From the NCBI GenBank assembly GCA_040904625.1, contig JBBDTC010000105.1, forward strand, positions 1 to 42,044: a stretch of DNA of 42,044 nt. The letters are read 5' to 3'. Source of the stretch: Gammaproteobacteria bacterium (GTDB lineage Bacteria > Pseudomonadota > Gammaproteobacteria > Ga0077536). The notes under the pieces are model-generated. The model saw only the letters and a list, made by a program, of their open reading frames with translations, was not told where the DNA came from and did no database searches. This document shows positions 16,619-24,555 of the stretch, in pieces (the stretch's first letter is position 1; each line of letters begins with the position of its first letter). The position numbers were made by a program, and so were the translations under genes.

Positions 16619-16638
16619 CCGGTGACGCGCGTCACCGG
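16619..16638. promoter_or_regulatory. 20-bp perfect palindrome CCGGTGACGCGCGTCACCGG upstream of gene I (putative late-activator site)
   Basis: Its centre is about 44 bp upstream of the I start codon. A near-identical palindrome (one mismatch) sits about 45 bp upstream of the endolysin start. Both are followed by the block ATCCCGATAWTSCCCAC. Confidence 0.5.
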
Positions 16639-16768
16639 TATTCACTCTCCAGGCAGGTGGTGATCTGGGCTGACTGGGTGAAGCCAGCACCCGCTTCAAC
16701 CACCCGCCAAGGAGATGCCCGATGCCGATCTTCGTCTGAATCTCAGATTGCCCGAATGACCTCTACCC

Positions 16769-16796
16769 GAGGCCCGGCCCCCAGCCGGGCCTCTTT
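16769..16796 (+). terminator. Strong GC hairpin terminator at the island / I-operon boundary
   Basis: GAGGCCCGGC-CCCCA-GCCGGGCCTC followed by TTTG on the plus strand, with an A-tract on the other side. It lies between the stop of the 392-aa gene and the PI region. Confidence 0.6.
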
Positions 16797-16829
16797 GCGT
16801 CCGGCACGTGGCCGAGGGAAGCGTTCGAC

Positions 16830-18008
16830 CTAAGGCTTTGCCAGCAGGCGCGCCACCAGCGCTGACAAGGAAGCGTCAGGTGCTCCCTCATCCTTCACAA
16901 TGCCGTCCGCCGACGGCCGAAACAGCGGAGCCAGGACGAGTGCCCGATCGCTCCTATCGAGTTCCTGCTCCTTGACCAGGGCAAGGAACGTCTTGACCAT
17001 CGCGATCCGCTCCAGCGCATCGATCCGCAGGTGGTGAGCGCTCAGGAAGAGGCGCACCAGGATGCGCCCGATCCAGAACAGGATCGTTGTGCCCAGGACA
17101 AAGAGTGCAGCGGAGACGATGAGCAGATTTGGACTTTGCGTCGGCTCCGTCGCGATTAGGAGGGGGATCACCTCAACTCCCGCTCCTATGCCGGCCAGCA
17201 GGGCGATGAATGCAAATGCGACCACAGACCAGGTCAGCCACCAACGCGAGGTGGCGTAGAGGGTGGCCTGTTGTTTCCAATAGTCGACAGCCGCCGCCAG
17301 TTCCATATGGGATGCATAGAGCTCGTTAGTGGAATTGATCCTGTCGATGCTTTCCTGGATCTTCGTCACCCAGGACTCCCGAAGCTCCTTTTCGAGCGCA
17401 ACCAGACGAGCCTGGCTTGCCTCGAGCTGCTCTTCCAATTCCTTCTTCTGGGCCGCCGCTTCCGATTGTGCATTGGCCAGGTGGTCCGCGGATATGTCGG
17501 CGATCCGTTTTAAGGAGCGCCAGATATCGTCCGGTGTGTTCTGGCCCACGCCCCCGTCCAGCATGGCAGCCTCGACCGCGCCACGGATGACCGCCAGGGG
17601 AGCTCGACCGCTATCAAAACGCAGCTTACCCATGCAGGCGGCGACTGCGCATGCAGCAACGTCGTGCAGATCCGCCTGCACGAGGCGGTCGGCAACTTGC
17701 CAGATTGGATCCGTCGACATCGGGTACCGCTTCCGCTCGTAGAGTTCTTTGAGCCGATCCGTCACCTGCTTTTCGTGTTCGGGAGTCTTCTGCCACTGGC
17801 GGATGTCCCCCATGGCCGCGTCCAAGAGGCCACGGAACTCCTCCTGAAAGTTGTCGGTGTAGTCGCGGACCGTTTGGACACGCCGGTGGCGTATCCATTC
17901 CCACGCGTCCATCTCCTCCTGCATCCACCGTTCTGCGGCGGCGGGTGATTCGAACACGAGTGGGGCCGCCCGACCGACATCGATGGAAAGCGCTTTGTTC
18001 TGCGACAT
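16830..18008 (-). CDS. Accessory membrane protein, 392 aa (soluble N-domain, coiled coil, two TM helices, amphipathic tail)
   Basis: ATG at 18006-18008 with a GGGGGA Shine-Dalgarno sequence. Coiled coil QKKELEEQLEASQARLVALEKELRE; TM helices WWLTWSVVAFAFIALLAGIGAGV and LLIVSAALFVLGTTILFWIGRILV. Its composition is lower in GC than the phage genes. Confidence 0.75.
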   Translation of the reverse strand: MSQNKALSIDVGRAAPLVFESPAAAERWMQEEMDAWEWIRHRRVQTVRDYTDNFQEEFRGLLDAAMGDIRQWQKTPEHEKQVTDRLKELYERKRYPMSTDPIWQVADRLVQADLHDVAACAVAACMGKLRFDSGRAPLAVIRGAVEAAMLDGGVGQNTPDDIWRSLKRIADISADHLANAQSEAAAQKKELEEQLEASQARLVALEKELRESWVTKIQESIDRINSTNELYASHMELAAAVDYWKQQATLYATSRWWLTWSVVAFAFIALLAGIGAGVEVIPLLIATEPTQSPNLLIVSAALFVLGTTILFWIGRILVRLFLSAHHLRIDALERIAMVKTFLALVKEQELDRSDRALVLAPLFRPSADGIVKDEGAPDASLSALVARLLAKP

Positions 18009-18204
18009 TGGTCCCCCGCGGTTGCTCCGTCCTGAATAGCCCATGCTGCGCGATCAAGCACCCCATCGAAGGGGTTTTAGGCAGCCGAGGCGGGGCCGGG
18101 CGTGCGAATCGGTTCATCGTCCGGCGGTGGCATTTCGGCGTTAATCATATCCTCAGGTAGTAGATAGACTATAGCATCGGGGAAAACGCCGTCGGGGGAC
18201 TGGC

Positions 18205-19392
18205 ATGAACCGGCTGTACTTCGGTGACAATCTCGATTGGCTGCCGCAAATAGAAATCGGCAGCGTCGATCTCGTGTACCTGGATCCGCCCTTCAATCGG
18301 CAGGCCAGCTTCAACATCCTCTACAGATCTCCGAGCGGCGATCAAACTGCCCAATACAGGGCCTTCGAGGACACCTGGCGGTGGGGCCCGGCGAGCGACT
18401 ATGCCTTTGCGCATGTGAAGCAAAGCGGATCACCAGCATTCGACACCCTGGTTTCGCTGAACAACTACATGCAGAAGAGCGATCTCATGGCCTACCTGAC
18501 CATGATGACCGCGCGGCTGCTCGAGCTGCGCCGGGTGCTGAAGCCGTCCGGCAGCTTGTTCCTCCATTGTGACGCCAGCGCCAGCCACTATCTGAAGATC
18601 ATTCTGGACCAGATCTTCGGGGCCGGCACCTTCCGCAACGAGATCATCTGGCGGCGGTCGATGGGCAAATCGCTCATGACCCGCCGCCTCCCGACGAACC
18701 ACGACGTCATCCTGTTCTATTCAGGTGACGAGGCCGTCTGGAACGGGGATCACGCGTTCGCAGCCTATGACGTCGACGACCTTCCCACGAAGGCCGCAGC
18801 AAAGTACGCCCAGAAGGATGCGGACGGGCGACGATATCAGCTCACGAGCCTGATCAATCCCAATCAGAACAGGCCCAATCTGACGTATGAATTCCTTGGC
18901 GTCACAAAGGTCTGGCGCTGGACGCAGGAGCGAATGCAGGCGGCGCACGAAGCAGGGCTGATCGTTCAAACTGCGCCGGGTCGCGTGCCGCGGTTCAAGC
19001 GATATCTCGATGAACAGCGGGGCCTGCCTCTTGACGACGTCTGGACAGACATCCCGCCGATCAATTCGCAGGCGCAGGAGCGGCTCGGCTATCCGACGCA
19101 GAAGCCATTGGCGCTTCTCGGGCGCATCATCAAGCTGGCCACGAATCCGGGTGACGTAGTGCTGGATCCGTTCTGTGGGTGCGGTACAGCAGTCGAGGCG
19201 GCACAGAAGCTCGGGCGGAGATGGATTGGAATAGACGTGACCGTGCTCGCGATAGATCTTGTCGAGAAGCGGCTACGCCGACTGAAACTCGAGCGCGATG
19301 CTGATTACACGGTCGAGGGCATCCCACTGGATGTGGACGGTGCCCAAGCCTGTTCGAGTCTGATCCGCACGCGTTTCAGCTTTGGGCTCTAA
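18205..19392 (+). CDS. Beta-class N4/N6 DNA methyltransferase (catalytic domain intact, 3' end out of frame)
   Basis: Motif IV DLVYLDPPFN precedes motif I VVLDPFCGCGT. GGGGGA Shine-Dalgarno sequence before the ATG at 18205. The last approximately 14 codons (CSSLIRTRFSFGL) look like out-of-frame read-through. Confidence 0.8.
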   Translation: MNRLYFGDNLDWLPQIEIGSVDLVYLDPPFNRQASFNILYRSPSGDQTAQYRAFEDTWRWGPASDYAFAHVKQSGSPAFDTLVSLNNYMQKSDLMAYLTMMTARLLELRRVLKPSGSLFLHCDASASHYLKIILDQIFGAGTFRNEIIWRRSMGKSLMTRRLPTNHDVILFYSGDEAVWNGDHAFAAYDVDDLPTKAAAKYAQKDADGRRYQLTSLINPNQNRPNLTYEFLGVTKVWRWTQERMQAAHEAGLIVQTAPGRVPRFKRYLDEQRGLPLDDVWTDIPPINSQAQERLGYPTQKPLALLGRIIKLATNPGDVVLDPFCGCGTAVEAAQKLGRRWIGIDVTVLAIDLVEKRLRRLKLERDADYTVEGIPLDVDGAQACSSLIRTRFSFGL

Positions 19393-19958
19393 CTCTGGTG
19401 GACGGTCAGCCGCGCGAAGGGGGAAAGCGCGGTGCGGACAGAGGTATTGATGGCCTGCTGTACTACATGGAGGACGCCAAAACGGCCAGGCGAGCGATCA
19501 TCTCCGTGAAAGGAGGCAGGAATATCCACGCCGAGCACGTCCGCGATCTGATCGGCACCATGCATACGCAGGGCGATCAGCTCGGGCTGATGATCACGTT
19601 GCACAACCCCACCGATGCAATGGACAGGGCGGCAAAGGAAGCGGGCACGCTGGAGGCTTTCAACAAGCCACGCCCAGCGGTTCAGATCTTTACAGTGGCG
19701 CAGCTTCTTGCTGGCCTCAGGCCGAACCTGCCGCCCGTGCTTGACATCATCGCAACTGCGGCAGCGGCCAGACGGGCCTCTGCAAAGAAGGCTCCGAAAG
19801 CCCCGACGCCCGCGGACATCCGGAAGTCTCCTCCACTCAAACTGCCAATCACCGGCGGCCGATCTCGCGAACTTCAAGACGTCTTGGACATAGACGATCC
19901 TCTGCTGGTTCAGCAGCAGGATGACGCGGCAGCAAAGCGGGGCCGCCGGCGCGCATAG
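19305..19958 (+). pseudogene. Mrr-type PD-(D/E)xK nuclease domain displaced into another frame from the methyltransferase
   Basis: The frame is open from 19305 and reads ...LFESDPHAFQLWALTLVDGQPREGGKRGADRGIDGLLYY...AIISVKGG (D...GIDG...xVK motif). It has no convincing Shine-Dalgarno sequence of its own; the listed ORF starts at the GTG at 19398. Confidence 0.6.
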
Positions 19959-19993
19959 GCTGTCTGACCGATCTTGATGCCTCGCCGCCATGA

Positions 19994-20105
19994 TAATCCC
20001 GCCGTCAAAGGGGTTTTGAAGGGGCTGGGGGGCCAAAGGCGGCTCCGGTGCATCCACCGGGCCTCCAAGCCGCCCGGAAGCCGCTGTGGGCGTTCTGTGC
20101 GGCTC
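19994..20105 (+). repeat. Copy X of an intergenic repeat of about 110 bp (34-bp perfect core)
   Basis: TAATCCCGCCGTCAAAGGGGTTTTGAAGGGGCTG (19994-20027) is identical to 24409-24442. About 75 further bp align imperfectly. Confidence 0.8.
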
Positions 20106-20216
20106 GCCCGGAGGCGGTACTTCGCCTCGCATCCCATCACAATCGGCCGCTTTGATGGACCGCCTGCCACACAGGTCGTATGGTGGTCCTGCGACCATCG
20201 CGGAAAGGAGTCGACA

Positions 20217-20438
20217 ATGCCGTTCGCTCCGTACCAATCGAGCTTCAACTCCGATTCTCTCAGGATTCTTCAAGAGGCATTCGACCAGGCCTGGGCCGAG
20301 GTGGCGGCCTCGCCCAGCGTCACACTCGACGAGCAGGCCGCGCGCAACATGATCGCCAATCGGATCGTGCACGCCTGGCGCGACCAGGGCGAACGCGACC
20401 CGGAGCGGCTGAAGCAGCACGCTGTCGAGGGGCTGTAA
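20217..20438 (+). CDS. Small 73-aa helical protein of the accessory island
   Basis: AAAGGAG Shine-Dalgarno sequence 6 nt before the ATG at 20217. MPFAPYQSSFNSDSLRILQEAFDQAWAEV... resembles small orphan proteins common in Rhizobiales. The longer ORF-track version (19974) lacks a ribosome-binding site. Confidence 0.6.
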   Translation: MPFAPYQSSFNSDSLRILQEAFDQAWAEVAASPSVTLDEQAARNMIANRIVHAWRDQGERDPERLKQHAVEGL

Positions 20439-20462
20439 ACCTGGGCGTCCGTCTGGCGCGGC

Positions 20463-21179
20463 CTAATCGCCCCGCCGGCGGGCGAGCTCCTCGCGCAGAT
20501 GCTCGTCCAGCGGCGCGCCGGGCCGATAGGCGAAGCCCGGGTCGATCCCCTGCGGCACGCGCACGGTGGTCGGACCTTCGGCGGTATTGATGCGCCGCTC
20601 GACCAGCGGCGACTCCGGGGTCTCCGATACCGTCAGTCCGAAGCGCTCCACGTCGCGGGCGTTCAGCGACTGGGCCAGGCAGCGGCAGTTCCAGCCGTTG
20701 GGCGGAAAGTGCGTCTGCCACCACGGGTCGTCGGCCGGCAGCACTGTATCGTGCCAGGCAGCGTGCTGCGGCCTGGTGCGCGCATCCATCACCGCGACAT
20801 AGCGGATGTAGGGGCGCTGCTCCTTCACCCGCTGGATCTGCTCCCAGCGCCCCGCCGCATAGGCCATGCGCAGGTTCGTCTGGAAGATCACCCGGGACCG
20901 CCAGTTGCGCCCTCCCTTGTAGCTCCAGCCGTACCGCGCCACGATCTCATCGAAGTCCTCGCGGAACTGGGCCAGCGTGCGGCCCTCCTCGAGCGCCGCC
21001 AGGACGGCGGCATGGAAGTCCGCGATAAGGTCCTGGCTTTGCGCCCCGGCGACCACGAAGGCGGCCGAATGCATCTCCTGCCAGATGTCGGTCCAGGTCC
21101 GCGTCGGGATGTCGAGCTTGCGGCGCAGGAACTCGATCGCCTCGGTCGGGTTGGCCGCGAAGGGCTGGGCCTCAGGCAT
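20463..21179 (-). CDS. Mu F-like minor head / morphogenesis protein (gp30 family)
   Basis: The signature RTRPQHAAWHDTVLPADDPWW...PPNGWNCRC is typical of the Phage_Mu_F family. Confidence 0.8.
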   Translation of the reverse strand: MPEAQPFAANPTEAIEFLRRKLDIPTRTWTDIWQEMHSAAFVVAGAQSQDLIADFHAAVLAALEEGRTLAQFREDFDEIVARYGWSYKGGRNWRSRVIFQTNLRMAYAAGRWEQIQRVKEQRPYIRYVAVMDARTRPQHAAWHDTVLPADDPWWQTHFPPNGWNCRCLAQSLNARDVERFGLTVSETPESPLVERRINTAEGPTTVRVPQGIDPGFAYRPGAPLDEHLREELARRRGD

Positions 21180-22731
21180 CGGCGCTCGCGATCTCGTCGC
21201 GCCCCGCTAGATCGGCGAACAGCATGGCGAGCCCCATCGCCGTCGCCAGCTGATCGGAGGGGAGCCCAAGGTCGAGGATCGCCTCGCGTACCTCCTCGAG
21301 GCTCTGAGCGACGTCGATCAGCCCGCGAATCGTGTCGATCATCTCATCCATAGCCGGCTGCGCGTGCGCTTCGGCCGCCGCGGCCAGGCCGTCCAGCCCG
21401 TCGCGCGGCGGCTTCACCTCTTCCGCCTGCAGCGCCTGCTTGCCCTCCTGCGGGGCGGGTCCGGGGAGTGGGGCAACCGGCGCCGCCCGCGCCTCCAGGA
21501 CCTCGGCATCGGGATCCGGATCCGGCAGCCCGAACTTGTCGCGGATCACGCTCGCCTCGACGCGCAAGCCGAGCGGCACCAGCTTCGCCAGCGACTCGGC
21601 GAGCAGCTTCAGGTCCTCTTCCTCGGGCCGGCCGATGCGCAGCCGCGGATAGACCTTCTGCGGCCCGAACTCGAGATCGATCCACGGCCGCACCAGGTCA
21701 CGGTTGAGCACGGCCGCAAGCGCTTTCGCGTCGGCCCGCTCGATGTCCTCCTGCACTTGGCGGTGCTCCTGGCCGACGGCATGGCCGCCGGCGATCGCGT
21801 CCGTCGTGGCGGTCTGGCCCAGCACCGCCTTGGAGACCTGCCGGTCGAGCCAGTCGGCACGGCGCTCGTAGAGATCCATGGAAGAGCCCACCGACTTCGA
21901 CTCGATAAACTCGATCAGCATCGACTCGGGGATGATCGCCGCGCAGTCGCCGGCGATGTTGGCCACCGCCCTGAACAGGGTGTCCTTGTCGGCCTCGGTG
22001 GCGCCGGCGCCGTATTTCCCGACGCGGATCGGCTGGCCATAGGTCTGGGTGAAGATCGCCCAGTCCCTGAGGGTGAAGGCCTTGAACATCCACGACCAGG
22101 CGGCCAGCCGCGCGATGCCCGATCGCACCGGCAATCCCGACTTGGACCGAATGATCGCCTGGATGAACTTGAAGGCGGGCAGCGGCTGGTCGCCCTCGTC
22201 GGTGCGCAACAGCGGCGTGGTGCCGTCATGCCGGTCGAAGCGGAACCAGCGCGGGTCGCGCCACTCGAGGCGGGCGGGGCGCCACTGGCCGGCGCTCGTG
22301 TCCCAGATGATCTCGGTGAGGCTCGTCCCCTTGCCGATGGCGTCGAGGATATCGAATATCTCGTCCTGCAGCTGGTCGCGCAGCAGCCAGTCGCGCACCA
22401 TGTCAGCGTGGCGCACGTGCTCGGGCGCGTCCGACGCCGCGTCCACGGTGATGTCGATCTGCGCCACCGAGCGCCGGCGGGTGCCGAGCACGCCGGCATA
22501 ATGCAGGTCGCGCTCCTCGATCTGCTCGGCGAGCTCAAAATAGCGCAGCGGCTCGCCCTGGTCGGCATCGCGCAGGATGTGCGCTAGGCGCAAGGGGTTG
22601 AGGCCGTCGCCGGGATAGCCGGAGATGACCGAGCGCACGCCGGTGATCGTCGGTCCGGCGACTTCCTCGGTGAGTACCTCGCGCCGGATCGGCTGGCCAT
22701 CGGGGCCGAGCAGCTGGGGTTTGGTCGCCAT
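21172..22731 (-). CDS. Portal protein (Mu gp29 / DUF935 family)
   Basis: The start MATKPQLLGPDG shares one nucleotide with the TerL stop (TGATG at 22729-22733). 519 aa in the conserved position. Confidence 0.8.
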   Translation of the reverse strand: MATKPQLLGPDGQPIRREVLTEEVAGPTITGVRSVISGYPGDGLNPLRLAHILRDADQGEPLRYFELAEQIEERDLHYAGVLGTRRRSVAQIDITVDAASDAPEHVRHADMVRDWLLRDQLQDEIFDILDAIGKGTSLTEIIWDTSAGQWRPARLEWRDPRWFRFDRHDGTTPLLRTDEGDQPLPAFKFIQAIIRSKSGLPVRSGIARLAAWSWMFKAFTLRDWAIFTQTYGQPIRVGKYGAGATEADKDTLFRAVANIAGDCAAIIPESMLIEFIESKSVGSSMDLYERRADWLDRQVSKAVLGQTATTDAIAGGHAVGQEHRQVQEDIERADAKALAAVLNRDLVRPWIDLEFGPQKVYPRLRIGRPEEEDLKLLAESLAKLVPLGLRVEASVIRDKFGLPDPDPDAEVLEARAAPVAPLPGPAPQEGKQALQAEEVKPPRDGLDGLAAAAEAHAQPAMDEMIDTIRGLIDVAQSLEEVREAILDLGLPSDQLATAMGLAMLFADLAGRDEIASADA

Positions 22732-24389
22732 CAGATGCTCCCTCTCAATCCTACCCCATAGGGCTGGCGCCACCAGGCGCGGCTCTCGGAGCCGTCCTCG
22801 TCCGGCCCGCCGGCGGCGCCGCCGCCGGGCTGGACGGTCGCCGAGCGATAGCCGTATTCGTGCCATTGCATGCGCGATGCGAAGTGGGCGAGCGCCAGCG
22901 CGATGGCATAGTCGCCGTGGCGCTTCTTGCCCTTCTCGCCCTCGCGCGTCGCCGGCACCATCGGGATGCCCCTGATGGTCTTGACCAGGCGCAGGTCGGA
23001 CAGGTGCTCGGCGTCGGGCGCAATCGCGATCGCGTCATCCTCGAAGGCCACCTTCAGCGGCGGCATGTGCAGGCGATACCACTCCTGGGAGAACTTGATC
23101 GCCCAGACGAGGCCGCCGCTCGTCTCGTCCTCGCGCAGCCCGAACTTGCGGCCCATGTCTTCGGCCACCGTCCAGCCCATGCCCGTGGCGTCGAAGGCCG
23201 CGCCGACGAGGCGCGAGCGCACCCGCTCCAGCACCTTGGCCACGATCTGTTTCTGCTCGTCGCCGGGCACGCCGCGCAGCTCGAAGGTGAGGGCGCTGCG
23301 CCGCCGCAGCGGCTTCTCGATCGACAAGAGTTTGCCGACCGACAGGTCCGCCACGCGGGCGAAGTCGAAGCCGAAGGCATAGAGGGGGGCGAGGTCGAGC
23401 CCGTCGAGCGCCGCCTCCAGCTCCTCCATGAAGGGCGCGAGCAGCGACTGGCGCTCCAGTTCTGGCCGCTGCAGGAAGTCCGGCGGTAGCTCGAGCCTGA
23501 GGATCGGCGCGTCGGCCGTCATGCGCGCCTCGATCAGCGGGCCCGACAGCCAGGCGCCCGAGCCCAGCGCCGGCACGCAGAACAGCTCCTCGTCGGCCGC
23601 CTCGCCGTAGAAGTCGATGATGTCCTGGCGCCAGGCGGCCTCGCTTTCCGCCGTCCACTCCGCCCCCGTCACCAGGCAGATGCGCTGGTAGAGCCCCTCC
23701 ATCAGCGCCTGGTCGAAGTCGATGCGCATGTGGTCGTACTTCGACCGGCCGCCGAGGATGTCCTGGACCAGCTCGTTGAAGTGGTTTTCGGAGCCGTTGT
23801 GGGTCGAACACACGACCACCTGGCCGCCCCACATGAGGAAGGCGAGAGCGGCCTTCAAAAGCTCCTTGAGCGAGTCGACGAAGGCGGCCTCGTCGATGAT
23901 CACCAGGCCCTGCTTGCCGCGCAGGGTGCGCGGCGCCGAAGACAATGCCAGCACCTCGAAGCCCGACGCGAAGCGGATCCGGAACGCCTGGATGGCGCGG
24001 TCGCCGGTCTCGTCGCTGTCGTCGAACAGGAACTCCTCGGCCGCCAGGGCCGCCATGTTGTAGGCCCGGGCCCACATGGCGCAGGCGTCGACGAACTCCC
24101 GCGTCATCTCCTGCGAGTAGGAGATGTACATGGCGTCCATGCCGCCGGCCGCCTTGGACCGGGCGGCGCGCAGCACCGCATGCGCCCCGAGCCCCCAGGT
24201 CAGCCCGATGCGGCGCGACTTCTCCACCACCAGCACGCGGGTGCCGGCGGAGTCGAGCAGCCCCACGGCGCGCTGCTGATAGGGCAGCAGCAGGTCCGGC
24301 AGCCCGACCTGCTCGATGACCTGGTCGAGGCCCGCGATCGACTCCCACCGCAGCGCCTCCCAGTCGGCTTTCGACAGCGGGGCGTTCAT
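22731..24389 (-). CDS. Terminase large subunit (Mu gp28-like)
   Basis: Walker-like VVEKSRRIGLTW and LVIIDEAAF, with a C-terminal nuclease region. The ATG at 24387-24389 is preferred over the GTG at 24396-24398. Confidence 0.8.
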   Translation of the reverse strand: MNAPLSKADWEALRWESIAGLDQVIEQVGLPDLLLPYQQRAVGLLDSAGTRVLVVEKSRRIGLTWGLGAHAVLRAARSKAAGGMDAMYISYSQEMTREFVDACAMWARAYNMAALAAEEFLFDDSDETGDRAIQAFRIRFASGFEVLALSSAPRTLRGKQGLVIIDEAAFVDSLKELLKAALAFLMWGGQVVVCSTHNGSENHFNELVQDILGGRSKYDHMRIDFDQALMEGLYQRICLVTGAEWTAESEAAWRQDIIDFYGEAADEELFCVPALGSGAWLSGPLIEARMTADAPILRLELPPDFLQRPELERQSLLAPFMEELEAALDGLDLAPLYAFGFDFARVADLSVGKLLSIEKPLRRRSALTFELRGVPGDEQKQIVAKVLERVRSRLVGAAFDATGMGWTVAEDMGRKFGLREDETSGGLVWAIKFSQEWYRLHMPPLKVAFEDDAIAIAPDAEHLSDLRLVKTIRGIPMVPATREGEKGKKRHGDYAIALALAHFASRMQWHEYGYRSATVQPGGGAAGGPDEDGSESRAWWRQPYGVGLRGSI

Positions 24390-24408
24390 GCGGCCCACCC
24401 GGGCACGT

Positions 24409-24520
24409 TAATCCCGCCGTCAAAGGGGTTTTGAAGGGGCTGCAGGCCGCATGGCGGCATCCGGCGCAGCACGGGGCCATAACGCCGGCCCGGAGGCGCC
24501 GTGGGCGCCCTGTGCCGGTG
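24409..24520 (+). repeat. Copy Y of the intergenic repeat of about 110 bp
   Basis: It has the same 34-bp core as 19994-20027. It fills the only large gap (24390-24555) in the lysis-to-portal gene string and contains the hairpins GCCGC-ATG-GCGGC and GGCGCC-GTG-GGCGCC. Confidence 0.8.
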
Positions 24521-24555
24521 CAGCTTTCCCCAGCAGGTTTTGGAGAGGAGGTCGT

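Noticed and set aside
16585-16635. Longer version of gene I starting at the GTG at 16633-16635 (MTRVTGMGSPCN...)
   Set aside because: The extension would be translated straight through the 20-bp regulatory palindrome and the conserved promoter-like block. The ATG at 16582-16584 keeps these upstream.
16712-16760. AAGGAG followed by very short plus-strand ORFs (5 and 14 codons) just before the hairpin terminator
   Set aside because: They are too short and there is no supporting context. It could be a leader peptide, but this cannot be supported from the sequence alone.
19974-20216. N-terminal extension of the small island ORF (154-aa version from the ORF track)
   Set aside because: The extension runs through the intergenic repeat, is Arg/Gly-rich and has no ribosome-binding site. 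The internal ATG at 20217 has a near-consensus AAAGGAG Shine-Dalgarno sequence.
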